From a bacterium (GTDB lineage: Bacteria > Zixibacteria > MSB-5A5 > CAIYYT01), in NCBI GenBank assembly GCA_016708315.1, contig JADJGC010000004.1, forward strand, positions 2,000 through 65,999: a stretch of DNA of 64,000 nucleotides, read 5' to 3'. How positions within the stretch are numbered: position 1 is the stretch's first letter; every line of letters starts with the position of its first letter. The notes under the pieces were generated by a model. It searched no databases. It saw only the letters and a list, made by a program, of their open reading frames with translations, and was not told the DNA's origin. The position numbers and the translations under genes are program-made. Positions 48,454 through 57,901 of the stretch are shown one piece after another.

Positions 48454-49404
48454 ATGCAAAAACGAAAGATCGGGAAGTCCGAACTCGAAGTCGCACCTTT
48501 GGCACTTGGCGGCAATGTCTTCGGCTGGACAATCGACGAACCAACATCGTTTGAGATTCTCGATCGTTTCGTCGGGGCTGGATTCAATTTGATTGACACT
48601 GCCGATGTCTACTCCCGCTGGAAACCGGGACACGTCGGCGGCGAATCGGAGACGATTATCGGCAAATGGCAAAAAGCGCGCGGCAATCGCGACAAGATCA
48701 TCATTGCTACAAAAGTCGGTATGGAAATGGAGTCGGATCGGAAAGGTCTTTCGAAGGTTCACATCTTGCGTTCCGTCGATGAATCCCTGAAGCGACTGCA
48801 AACCGACTACATCGATTTGTACCAATCACACACCGACGACAAAGATACACCCATTGATGAAACCCTCGAAGCATTCTCACAGCTTGTGGCACAAGGCAAG
48901 GTTCGCATCATTGGCGCGTCAAACTACACTGCCGAACGACTGAGCGAGTCATTGACTATCAGCGAGCAACATTCCTGGCCGCTCTACCAATGCCTCCAAC
49001 CGTGTTACAATCTCTACGAGCGAGCAGACTTCGAAACCAATCTCGAACAGCTCTGTCTCAAGCGCGATCTGGGCGTCATACCATATTTTTCGCTCGCACG
49101 AGGTTTCCTAACCGGCAAGTACCGCTCCGAGGCTGACCTCTCCAAAAGCCCGCGCGGGAAGGGTGTTGCGAAATTTCTTGATGATCGTGGATTTCGTATT
49201 CTTGCGGCGCTCGACAACCTGGCCGAGAAGCTTGGCTCTACACCAGGCAGGCTCGCTATCGCCTGGCTGATTGCACGTCCAAGTATCACTGCGCCAATCG
49301 CCAGCGCCACAACTATCGAGCAACTCGATGACTTGATTGCTGCAACCCGACTCGTCTTGAGCGATGCCGATATTGCGTTGTTGAATCAAGCCAGCGCCTA
49401 TTAG
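48454..49404 (+). CDS. aldo/keto reductase
   Basis: The sequence reads MQKRKIGKSELEVAPLALGGNVFGW, DTADVY, ATKVG, DLYQSH and GASNY, which is AKR-like along its full length. Confidence 0.9.
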   Translation: MQKRKIGKSELEVAPLALGGNVFGWTIDEPTSFEILDRFVGAGFNLIDTADVYSRWKPGHVGGESETIIGKWQKARGNRDKIIIATKVGMEMESDRKGLSKVHILRSVDESLKRLQTDYIDLYQSHTDDKDTPIDETLEAFSQLVAQGKVRIIGASNYTAERLSESLTISEQHSWPLYQCLQPCYNLYERADFETNLEQLCLKRDLGVIPYFSLARGFLTGKYRSEADLSKSPRGKGVAKFLDDRGFRILAALDNLAEKLGSTPGRLAIAWLIARPSITAPIASATTIEQLDDLIAATRLVLSDADIALLNQASAY

Positions 49405-49459
49405 CCGCATTCCGTCCGCTTTAAGAACAGCGGCTTACCTGCCGATAAATTCAGAGACT

Positions 49460-50506
49460 ATGAAATCGAACTCTCTAAAGGCTACTACTGGTTCAGCGCT
49501 GTTTTGTGCTTTGTTCGCCGTTTGCCTCACCATTGGCTCATGCGGCGAAGACAAATCGACCGAGCCAAAATCGCCATACGAAGAAAACACCGACCCGGCC
49601 ATCTTCACCGTTTCGCCGGTCGCTATCGACAAGATCACCGACCTTGAGCCGCTCGGTGCAATGAATCCATCGGGTCATACGATTCCGACTGATCATGTGT
49701 ATTTCTATACCAGTTGGACATATGGTCAACAGCCGATCTATCCAGCCGAGATTCTGCCTGTTTATGCACCGGGCTCAGGTGTCGTGACTTGGATATTACA
49801 AGGCGATGGCCGCGATGCCGATGCCAAGATCATGCTGAGGATGAACAAATGGGTGCTTTACTATCTTGACCACGTGGTCCTTGACTCTGCGATCAAAGTC
49901 GGCTCCATAGTTACTGCCGGACAAATCATTGGTGAGAGCCGTGGAATCGCTATCGACCTTGGCGTGGTCAATGAGCAGGCCGCGTTGACCGGATTTGTCA
50001 ATCCCCTTCGCTATGGCTGGCAGACACTGTATACAGATTCGCCTTACAAGTACTTCTCTGAGCCGCTTCGTTCGCAACTCTATGCTATGGTACGCCGAAA
50101 CGCAGTCGACAAAGACGGCAAGATCGATTATGACGTTCCCGGCACACTCATCGGTAACTGGTTCCACGAGAGCGTCGAGGTGGCCGAATCGATGATGCCG
50201 CCCGCCTGGCCCAAGCATCTTGCCTTCTGCCCCGACTCGAATGAACCGGAAGAAATGCGAATCTCAATCGGCGGCACTGTCTCCACACCGGGCAAGTTCA
50301 AACCTTCACCAACAGACCCCGCCTTTACCGATGTGACTCTGCAAAGCGGTCGCGTCGTCTACCACTTGAACTACACCGAATTTGGTTACTTCGGCATCAT
50401 GCTGGTACAGCTACTCGACAGCCTCCATTTGAAAGTCGAAGTCTTCCCAAACAGCACCGACCTCAATCAACAGTTTACCGACAACGCCAAGGTCTATTCG
50501 CGATAA
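49460..50506 (+). CDS. lipoprotein, hypothetical (possible M23/LytM-like fold, weak)
   Basis: The lipobox is LTIGSC. The segments GHTIPTDHVYFY and VTAGQIIGES faintly recall M23 motifs. Confidence 0.55.
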   Translation: MKSNSLKATTGSALFCALFAVCLTIGSCGEDKSTEPKSPYEENTDPAIFTVSPVAIDKITDLEPLGAMNPSGHTIPTDHVYFYTSWTYGQQPIYPAEILPVYAPGSGVVTWILQGDGRDADAKIMLRMNKWVLYYLDHVVLDSAIKVGSIVTAGQIIGESRGIAIDLGVVNEQAALTGFVNPLRYGWQTLYTDSPYKYFSEPLRSQLYAMVRRNAVDKDGKIDYDVPGTLIGNWFHESVEVAESMMPPAWPKHLAFCPDSNEPEEMRISIGGTVSTPGKFKPSPTDPAFTDVTLQSGRVVYHLNYTEFGYFGIMLVQLLDSLHLKVEVFPNSTDLNQQFTDNAKVYSR

Positions 50507-50530
50507 GTGCAGATTCAGAAAGGCCGGTAC

Positions 50531-50563
50531 CCCACCCGAAGCGAAGCGCAGGGTGGGACTTTT
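50531..50563 (+). terminator. intrinsic terminator after 49460-50506
   Basis: The stem is CCCACCC / GGGTGGG with a 13-nt loop, followed by ACTTTT. Confidence 0.55.
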
Positions 50564-50620
50564 GGCTCAACCAGTAGAGTCTATCGAATATCCAGAGAAT
50601 CACTGCCGACCGAGGATACG

Positions 50621-51181
50621 TTAGATAGCAGATTGCAGCCTGCTCAGCCCTGCGGGTACACGTGCATCTTCTACTCGCTGCCAACGATCCGATGAAAATG
50701 GATACTTATAACTCTGCCCCTTTACCTGCGCAAAGACTACGTCAAAGTCTTTGTCGTCAGTCGGAACATAAAGCAGAATGCTCTCTCCAATAACGCTTTG
50801 ATCGGACGGAAGAAAGTCGGAAGCCACTGTTGCCCTGCCCGCATTGAGGATTGTTCGCGACTTCAGATCAAACCCATTCGGATATGTTGTGTAATTTATG
50901 AGGTAACAGAACAAGCGTGGCTCAATACCAGCTGGAAATCTGACCCGCCGAACCCATCCCGAACTTGCGTGAATCTCGGTAGAGAAGTTCTTGGGCAGCT
51001 GGTAACTATACATCTGCTGAAAATCGCCGATGATCTGCCTTAGCTCTGAATCGTTCCAACCTTCCACGAGCAATTCCATTTCACTGATTTCGAAACTGAC
51101 TTTGGGCTGCTTGCTGCAGCCGCCAAATAGAAGTGAAAAGATGCTCATGATCCACCAGATATGGCAATATGACTTTCTCAT
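50621..51181 (-). CDS. lipoprotein, hypothetical
   Basis: The start at MRKSYCHIWWIMSIFSLLFGGC includes a lipobox. The longer ORF extending to 51331 runs into the tRNA gene and is rejected. Confidence 0.6.
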   Translation of the reverse strand: MRKSYCHIWWIMSIFSLLFGGCSKQPKVSFEISEMELLVEGWNDSELRQIIGDFQQMYSYQLPKNFSTEIHASSGWVRRVRFPAGIEPRLFCYLINYTTYPNGFDLKSRTILNAGRATVASDFLPSDQSVIGESILLYVPTDDKDFDVVFAQVKGQSYKYPFSSDRWQRVEDARVPAGLSRLQSAI

Positions 51182-51250
51182 GGCGTTTTTGGTAGGTACC
51201 CCACCCAGAGCGAAGCAAAATGTGGAACTCTTAGTACCACCAATAAAAAT

Positions 51251-51337
51251 CGGAGAGGCAGGGATTCGAACCCTGGATACCCTCGCGGGTATAACGGTTT
51301 TCGAGACCGCCGCTATCGACCACTCAGCCACCTCTCC
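51251..51337 (-). tRNA. tRNA-Ser (anticodon CGA)
   Basis: The reverse complement reads GGAGAGGTGGCTGAGTGG..GCGGTCTCGAAAACCGT..long variable arm..CAGGGTTCGAATCCCTGCCTCTCCG. Confidence 0.93.
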
Positions 51338-51398
51338 AAAATCTTCAAAGAACGAACGCCCACAAGGGGCTAGACTACCGTGATGTTGCCAGGCTAAG

Positions 51399-51884
51399 CT
51401 ATCTTGGTATCGCTAGTTTGGCTTCAGCATCACGAGCCAAATCGCGAACTGTGCTCTCGGTAGGTCGAAAGAACAGATACGCAATTGGCGAAATGCAAAT
51501 CAAGACGCTCGCAAGAGTTGCGTTGTGCGTCACCAGAAATATCACCATCCCGAACACCGCGGGACAAATTGCGAAAGCATAACCTACCAGATGTCCGACA
51601 AAGATGCCCTGCGAGACATTGCCCTGTACGCTTCGGGCGGCTACTGCATCAGCATTGAGCTGACGCTTGCGCAGCACGTACCCGATCACCGGTTCGGCGA
51701 TTGACATTGCCGAGAGTATCCAGATAAACATCTCGGTGTCATCACCAGCTGGCGGTTCTATATTTTCACCCGGAGCCAAGACGGTCCAGATGAGAACAAG
51801 AAACACGATTGGTGCTGCGAAACACATTAGATATCCCAGCAGTTTGAGTCTTGTCTCAAGGCTGGTAACATCGCTCTGATCCAA
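51399..51884 (-). CDS. 4-TM membrane protein, hypothetical (tandem paralogue of 51888-52376)
   Basis: This 161-aa ORF has the same helix layout and the same LRKR and (F/K)-(R/P)-x-ES landmarks as its neighbour. Confidence 0.6.
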   Translation of the reverse strand: MDQSDVTSLETRLKLLGYLMCFAAPIVFLVLIWTVLAPGENIEPPAGDDTEMFIWILSAMSIAEPVIGYVLRKRQLNADAVAARSVQGNVSQGIFVGHLVGYAFAICPAVFGMVIFLVTHNATLASVLICISPIAYLFFRPTESTVRDLARDAEAKLAIPR

Positions 51885-51887
51885 GTG

Positions 51888-52376
51888 CTAATCCTCGCTC
51901 CCCGGAAGTTCGCTCTCCAACTGCTCGATTTCCGATTCTCTCGGCTTAAGTATCATTAAGCCAGCCGGACAAAATACGGAAATGAGTACATACGTGTCAA
52001 GGTCGCCGCCGAGAAAATAGAAAATTAATCCGATTGCTGCGGGAATTGCGGCTATAAAGAACAACGGATAGAGCTGATTCGAGAGAATTTCGGCAATATT
52101 GGCAGGATGTGAGCGAATTTCGGCTATGAGCTTCTCGGATTTGAGAATGCTTCGTTTTCGCAAGAAGACGAAGGCAAGGACCGCGAGTGCTACAGTGATC
52201 AAAGCAAACCCGGCGATCTTGAGATTCTCTGCGCCCGTAACTGGAGTTTCAAGGAATTCAAGGTTCGCTCGAGCCAACAACGCGATTGCCAAAAGAGCTG
52301 CCGGTAACCCGATGCAGATATTGAAGCCTCTTTGGGCAATTGCGCCTTGAACGGCGCGCGCGTCAATTTTGCTCAT
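51888..52376 (-). CDS. 4-TM membrane protein, hypothetical (tandem paralogue of 51399-51884)
   Basis: This 162-aa ORF overlaps the end of tadA by 14 nt. Confidence 0.6.
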   Translation of the reverse strand: MSKIDARAVQGAIAQRGFNICIGLPAALLAIALLARANLEFLETPVTGAENLKIAGFALITVALAVLAFVFLRKRSILKSEKLIAEIRSHPANIAEILSNQLYPLFFIAAIPAAIGLIFYFLGGDLDTYVLISVFCPAGLMILKPRESEIEQLESELPGSED

Positions 52377-52899
52377 TGCCGCTTTTCCTGCGCTTTTCGC
52401 GAATACTCTCGAAAAACTCGGTAATCAGGGTCGCACATTCGAAGTCTTTCACTCCGCCCACGACTTCTACTTGATGATTTAGTCTTGGATCCTGAACAAG
52501 ATTGAAAACCGAGCCACAAGCGCCTGCTTTGGCATCGCGTGCCCCAAACACCAAACGCGGCAGACGCGCCAGGACAATCGCGCCGGCACACATCGAGCAC
52601 GGTTCGATTGTGACGTACAGGGTCGCGGATTCGAGATATCGAAGCTGGATTTTGTTACACGCCGCCGTGATGGCAATCATCTCCGCGTGCGCGGTAGGGT
52701 CGATTAGTGTCTTGTTCTGATTATGCCCCCGCCCGATGACCTTGCCGTCCAAAACAACGACCGCGCCAATCGGGATTTCTTCCTTGGATTCGGCGATCAT
52801 CGCCTCGCGAATGGCCATTGCCATGAAGGCTTGGTCAATTTCTTCCTGTGTCGCGTCGGGATTGAGGTTCAACATAACCGTCAGTATATACGAGAACAC
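52363..52899 (-). CDS. tadA: tRNA adenosine(34) deaminase TadA
   Basis: Deaminase zinc motifs are HAEMIAI and PCSMCAGAI. The start may be the internal ATG at 52875. Confidence 0.9.
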   Translation of the reverse strand: MFSYILTVMLNLNPDATQEEIDQAFMAMAIREAMIAESKEEIPIGAVVVLDGKVIGRGHNQNKTLIDPTAHAEMIAITAACNKIQLRYLESATLYVTIEPCSMCAGAIVLARLPRLVFGARDAKAGACGSVFNLVQDPRLNHQVEVVGGVKDFECATLITEFFESIREKRRKSGNEQN

Positions 52900-53029
52900 T
52901 CGATTTCAAAGAGGAAATCGCAGTCATAAATCAAGTAGTCCGGCATTCTGTCGGAAAATCTTCGTTGCGATCAGAAGGTTCTTCGTCGATGTCATTGTCG
53001 ATTTACAGGTTGGGAATTATCATATTTGA

Positions 53030-53848
53030 ATGAAGCTGCTTGATCTAACCGGATTCTACTGCCGAACCGTCGCCACTAACGGCGCTTGGCGCGATTATGA
53101 AGAACAATGTCCCGAGCTGTTTCGACATTATTTTCGATTTTGGGCAAAGCGCTCATATCCTGATGTCAAGATTCCCGTGAACATGCTGTTGTCGAGATCA
53201 GCCCGGATCACACGGCGCCTGCCGCAACTTCTGCGGAAGTTCAAAGAAAAGGGATTCGATACCAGCGACCTGTGCATCGTGCTATTCGTTGGCAAGAACT
53301 GCACCAACGGGCATGCATTTCGAGGTGAAAGTGGCTGGGTAGTTTGGATTCCGGTCGAGTCCTATGCAACCGATCTGCTAATAGATGTATTCGTTACACA
53401 CGAAATCGCCCATGCACTGCATTATGAAAGTTCATCGAAATTCTATTTCACTTCAAAACCCGAGCATCGCGATTTCGCTCGATTGCTGTTAACGGAAGGC
53501 ATTGCAACGTACCTGACGACAGTGATACTTGGCTGTACCGATGATGTGGCGCTGTGGGGTGACTTCTTGACCGCAAAACAGATTTCCAATTGGCGGGTCA
53601 ACTGCGAACGAAGCTGGTCCTTGATAAATGACATTGCTGTGCGGAAGTTCCGCTCAAATGCACCGACCGAGCTGTTTCAGGCAAATGACTCCAATGATGT
53701 ATTCAAGTTCCGAGCAGGATATCTACTTGGCTTGGAATTGGTCAAAGAAGTCTCCAGTGTTGAGAATATTGCGCCTAACGAGCTTGTTGCTCTTTCCCGA
53801 AAGCGTTTCGAGCGGCTTGCCCTCAGTTACTTGAAGACTCAGAGTTGA
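53030..53848 (+). CDS. putative zinc-dependent peptidase (HExxH; DUF2268-like)
   Basis: This 272-aa ORF has HEIAHALHYE, followed by LLTEGIATYL. Confidence 0.5.
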   Translation: MKLLDLTGFYCRTVATNGAWRDYEEQCPELFRHYFRFWAKRSYPDVKIPVNMLLSRSARITRRLPQLLRKFKEKGFDTSDLCIVLFVGKNCTNGHAFRGESGWVVWIPVESYATDLLIDVFVTHEIAHALHYESSSKFYFTSKPEHRDFARLLLTEGIATYLTTVILGCTDDVALWGDFLTAKQISNWRVNCERSWSLINDIAVRKFRSNAPTELFQANDSNDVFKFRAGYLLGLELVKEVSSVENIAPNELVALSRKRFERLALSYLKTQS

Positions 53849-53884
53849 TGGCTGCCGAAAATCTGAAGCAGCGAGAAAACTAGG

Positions 53885-54310
53885 CTAAACTGTTCCGATG
53901 CGCTCGGCTTCGTGCTCGATGAAGCTCTTCAGTCCGATCAGGTCGTCCTCGTAGACATCCACAAACTTCGCTGCAACCTCGTAACTTCCGGTCGCTACTT
54001 GCTTACTGCGGATGATCTGACAAATGGCCATGATCGTCGAGTTCACATCGTCTTCATCCACACGGAAGAATTGTGGGTGATGTTTCTTCCAAGTCGGCAA
54101 AGAGATCGTCATTTTCACCAGCTCATTGCGGTGGTAATCGCGGCCGGCACTGAAGAGCACACCGCCAGCGCCGATATTTTGCGCCTGGCCAGTTGACTCT
54201 GAGTCAGCTTTTGTGCTGAAGAGGATTTTCTGCGTGGTGAGTTTGCAGCTTGACGGAATTCGAATGAACTTCCGCCGATTCGTCGTCGTGGTCTGAGTTT
54301 CTGCTACCAT
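53885..54310 (-). CDS. PilZ-domain protein (c-di-GMP receptor-like)
   Basis: It has the RxxxR motif NRRKFIR and the downstream motif QNIGAGGVLF. Confidence 0.7.
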   Translation of the reverse strand: MVAETQTTTTNRRKFIRIPSSCKLTTQKILFSTKADSESTGQAQNIGAGGVLFSAGRDYHRNELVKMTISLPTWKKHHPQFFRVDEDDVNSTIMAICQIIRSKQVATGSYEVAAKFVDVYEDDLIGLKSFIEHEAERIGTV

Positions 54311-54464
54311 GGTAGTCCCTTAGTCCTATTATCGTCCCAATCGAGACAAGATTGTTTAAACATCTAACATTTTGATTATCGGAAGCTTAGGGGAAATTTC
54401 GAGCATTTTAGCCCGAAAATGTTCTTGATCAACGATACAGCCTTTCGTATCGTATCAGACTTAT

Positions 54465-55337
54465 ATGAGTACTGAGCGGCTCGCCAAGCCAAAATGGCTT
54501 ATGATGAACGCCAACTTCGGCTCCGGCTACCGCCGCGTCCGCAGTTTGCTCAAAGAACATGGTTTGCATTCCGTTTGCCAGGAAGCTTCCTGCCCGAACA
54601 TGAGCGAATGCTTCGAGTCGGGAACGGCGACTTTCCTGATTTTAGGCCATGTTTGCACCCGTGGTTGCGGATTTTGCGACATCCTCAAGGGGAAGCCTAA
54701 AATCCACGATCTCGGTGAGCCACAGCGTCTTGCAAGCGCGGTTGCCAAACTTGGACTGAAGCATGTCGTGATAACTTCGGTGACTCGCGATGATCTCGAC
54801 GACGGTGGTGCGGCGATCTTTGCTGCCACAGTCGTCAAACTCCGTGAATATGATCCGGGTATTCAGATTGAGCTGCTGGTCCCCGATTTCCAGGGAGCAA
54901 AGGCTTCTGTTGACCTCATTTTAGAGGCGGCTCCGGAGATATTTAATCACAACATCGAGACAGTTCCGCGTCTTTACAAGACAGTCCGGCCCAGAATGGG
55001 CTATAAACGCAGTTTGTCTATTCTCAAATACGCCAAGGGTTCCGGCAAAGTAAAGCTGGTCAAATCCGGCATATTTGTCGGAGTAGGCGAGCGCGAAGAT
55101 GAAATCAAGCAGACGATGCAAGACATTTGCGATACGGGCGTCGATATCCTGACAATCGGTCAGTATTTGTCGCCGTCGGAACTGCATTTGCCGGTTCTAA
55201 AGTACTATCCGCCAGAGGATTTTGTGAAGTTCAAGCAGTGGGGCAATGAGATGGGCTTCAAGCATACTGAATCTGGTCCGCTGGTACGGAGTTCATACAA
55301 GGCGTCGCATCAAAGCGCAAATTTGATTGAAGTTTGA
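54465..55337 (+). CDS. lipA: lipoyl synthase
   Basis: Cluster motifs are CQEASCPNMSEC and the radical-SAM motif CTRGCGFC. Confidence 0.93.
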   Translation: MSTERLAKPKWLMMNANFGSGYRRVRSLLKEHGLHSVCQEASCPNMSECFESGTATFLILGHVCTRGCGFCDILKGKPKIHDLGEPQRLASAVAKLGLKHVVITSVTRDDLDDGGAAIFAATVVKLREYDPGIQIELLVPDFQGAKASVDLILEAAPEIFNHNIETVPRLYKTVRPRMGYKRSLSILKYAKGSGKVKLVKSGIFVGVGEREDEIKQTMQDICDTGVDILTIGQYLSPSELHLPVLKYYPPEDFVKFKQWGNEMGFKHTESGPLVRSSYKASHQSANLIEV

Positions 55338-55392
55338 TTTCAGTCGATTCTTTTTTTCGCACTATTCGTTGATTCAATTGTAAGAAAGACCA

Positions 55393-56322
55393 ATGATTAA
55401 GATTTTCTTCGCCAAAGAGCTGGGATTTTGTTGGGGTGTTGAACGGGCAATCAATTTGGCCGCTCAAGCCAAGAATGAGTATTCCGGCGAAGTTACCATT
55501 CTCAAGGAAATCGTCCACAACCGTCAAGTTGTCGACTTCTTCAAGAAGAAGGGTGTTGGTCAGGAAGATACGCTGGACAAGATTGAAAGCGGAACTCTGG
55601 TCATATCCGCCCACGGATTGAGCCCAAAGTTGAAAGAGGAAGCCCAACAGAAGGGACTTCGCATCGTCGATACCACTTGTCCCTTGGTCGAGAACGTACA
55701 CAGCTTCACGCGCGAACTGCTTCGCGACGGCTATCAGGTGATTCTCTATGGAGAGCCGGGTCACGATGAAGTACACGGCGTGATGGGGATTGACGAAGCC
55801 AACATTCACTTGCTTGCTGAGTATGAGGATATCGACCATTTACCGCGCTTTGAACATGGAAAGGTGGCTCTAATTACTCAGACCACTCGCGGCGTCAAAG
55901 CCTTCCAGCAAGTCTGCGACAAGATGAAAGAAATCTATCCCGAGATCAAAATCGTCAATACCATCTGCGACGCGACCGACACCCGGCAGGCAGCCATTCA
56001 CGAATTGGCGCCGAATGTTGATCTGGTGTTGGTAATCGGTTCGCAAAGCTCCGGCAACTCGCAGCGACTTCGCGATATCGCCGAGTCGATCTGCGGCAAA
56101 GCCTATCTCGTCGACCATCCGACCCAGATCGATTGGGGTTGGTTTGAAGGTGTCGAGAAGGTTGGCATCACGGCGGGCGCATCAACACCAAGTTTCGCCA
56201 TCGAGGGCATGCTCAAAGCGCTTCAGGCCGGCGTGGGAATCGATGTCGCCAATTCCGATGCAAAGTTATTCGAATACAAATCTTTTGCCCCATATAAGAA
56301 GAATGTTCAACAAACAGCGTAG
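55393..56322 (+). CDS. ispH: 4-hydroxy-3-methylbut-2-enyl diphosphate reductase
   Basis: Motifs are ELGFCWGVERAI, IVHN and TCPLV, and the sequence is LytB-like along its full length. Confidence 0.92.
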   Translation: MIKIFFAKELGFCWGVERAINLAAQAKNEYSGEVTILKEIVHNRQVVDFFKKKGVGQEDTLDKIESGTLVISAHGLSPKLKEEAQQKGLRIVDTTCPLVENVHSFTRELLRDGYQVILYGEPGHDEVHGVMGIDEANIHLLAEYEDIDHLPRFEHGKVALITQTTRGVKAFQQVCDKMKEIYPEIKIVNTICDATDTRQAAIHELAPNVDLVLVIGSQSSGNSQRLRDIAESICGKAYLVDHPTQIDWGWFEGVEKVGITAGASTPSFAIEGMLKALQAGVGIDVANSDAKLFEYKSFAPYKKNVQQTA

Positions 56323-57415
56323 AAAATCACATCAGGTCAAGGTCGGCAATGTGCTGGTCGGCGGCGATGCCCCGGTTTCAGTTCAGTCGATGACCACAAC
56401 TCAGACTCGCGACATCGATGCTACGGTCGCACAGATTAAGCGCCTCGAGGATGTCGGCTGCGATATCATTCGCGTGGCCGTACTCAACAAGGAAGATGCT
56501 CAATCGCTCGGCGAGATCAAGAATCAGATCAAGATCCCGCTCGTCGCTGACATTCACTTCCATTACAGATTGGCTTTGATTGCCGCCGAACAAGGTGTAG
56601 ACAAGATTCGCACCAACCCTGGTAACATCGGCGATGATGTCAAAATGGAAAGCGTCGTCGAGATCTGCAAGGAACGCAAGATTCCGATTCGCATCGGCGT
56701 CAACACCGGTTCGCTGGAATGGGATCTCGTCAAATCAATGGGGCGCTATAACCCTGACGCGTTGGTGGAATCAGCGATGCGCAAAGTACGCTTGCTTGAA
56801 GAGATGGACTTTCACGATATCTGCATTTCGATGAAGTCCTCCGAAGTCCCTGGCATGGTCGAGGGATATCGGAAGATTGCCCAGCTTGTAGACTACCCGC
56901 TTCATCTCGGCGTTACCGAAGCCGGTCCCCTTATGGGCGGCACGATCAAGTCATCGGTAGCATTTGGATTGCTTCTTCACGAAGGCATTGGCGACACGAT
57001 TCGAGTCTCGCTTTCTACCGACCCGGTCGAAGAAGTGAAAGTCGGCAAGAAGATTCTCCAATCGCTCGGTCTCTTCAGCAATATGCCTGATCTTGTCAGT
57101 TGCCCAACTTGCGGCAGACTTCAGACCGATCTCTTCGGACTTATCAGCCGCGTCGAGAAGGTACTTGAAGGTATCAAGAAGCCGATCAAGGTTGCCGTGA
57201 TGGGCTGCAATGTCAATGGTCCCGGTGAAGTTGGCGATGCCGATCTCGGCGTCGTCGGTTCGGCGGACTATCTCTCGCTTGTCCGCAAAGGCAAGGTCAT
57301 CGGCAAGTTTCCGCCGGAACAGCTCGAGGTCGAGTTGCTCAAGGAATTGCAGGCTTTCCGCGATGACGAAATTGGCGCGAATGCCACGCAACCGATAATG
57401 GTGCCGACAGAGTAA
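56303..57415 (+). CDS. ispG: 4-hydroxy-3-methylbut-2-en-1-yl diphosphate synthase
   Basis: The sequence reads VKVGNVLVGGDAPVSVQSMTTT, NPGNIG and SCPTCGR. ATG 56303 overlaps the end of ispH by 20 nt. Confidence 0.92.
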   Translation: MFNKQRRKSHQVKVGNVLVGGDAPVSVQSMTTTQTRDIDATVAQIKRLEDVGCDIIRVAVLNKEDAQSLGEIKNQIKIPLVADIHFHYRLALIAAEQGVDKIRTNPGNIGDDVKMESVVEICKERKIPIRIGVNTGSLEWDLVKSMGRYNPDALVESAMRKVRLLEEMDFHDICISMKSSEVPGMVEGYRKIAQLVDYPLHLGVTEAGPLMGGTIKSSVAFGLLLHEGIGDTIRVSLSTDPVEEVKVGKKILQSLGLFSNMPDLVSCPTCGRLQTDLFGLISRVEKVLEGIKKPIKVAVMGCNVNGPGEVGDADLGVVGSADYLSLVRKGKVIGKFPPEQLEVELLKELQAFRDDEIGANATQPIMVPTE

Positions 57416-57440
57416 AGACTTCCGCACAGGCAATTTCTGA

Positions 57441-57471
57441 ACGGCTGAGAAGTTCCTCGGCCGTTTTTTTT
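57441..57471 (+). terminator. intrinsic terminator of the lipA-ispH-ispG operon
   Basis: A 9-bp stem (ACGGCTGAG / CTCGGCCGT, with one G-T pair) has a 6-nt loop and is followed by a run of eight T. Confidence 0.8.
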
Positions 57472-57521
57472 CGTCCATTTCTCATTGACGAACGTGGCTG
57501 CAGTTTTTTTATTTATCAGCC

Positions 57522-57869
57522 ATGTCGCAGAAGATCTGCATAGTCAACAAAGAGCACACGCCGCCTTCGTATGCTCCCGTCGTTTTCGCCAAAGGCGACC
57601 GCGTTATTATCGACAAGCGCGACACTGAATGGCCGGAATTTCTATGGTGTGTAAATGATGATGGCGAAGGGGCGTGGATACCGGAAAGCTATCTTGATCG
57701 CGACGATGACGTGGGAATACTAAATACTGTCTACTCTTCGATTGAGTTGAAGGCCGATAAGGACGAGCGCATGAGTATCATCAAGTCCGTCGCAGGCTGG
57801 CATTGGTGCCGCAACTCAAAAGGGAAACTCGGCTGGATTCCCGAAAAGAATGTGCAAGTAATTGAATAG
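57522..57869 (+). CDS. small protein with two SH3-like motifs, hypothetical
   Basis: The motifs are WCVNDDGEGAWIPESYL and WCRNSKGKLGWIPEKNV. Confidence 0.55.
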   Translation: MSQKICIVNKEHTPPSYAPVVFAKGDRVIIDKRDTEWPEFLWCVNDDGEGAWIPESYLDRDDDVGILNTVYSSIELKADKDERMSIIKSVAGWHWCRNSKGKLGWIPEKNVQVIE

Positions 57870-57901
57870 AGCGAAAATCTGCTGTCTCCGCAGATACTAC
57901 T

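Noticed and set aside
51182-51331. The N-terminal 50 codons of ORF 50621-51331.
   Set aside because: This stretch reads through the tRNA-Ser(CGA) gene. A proper lipoprotein start (MRKSY..GGC) exists at 51181.
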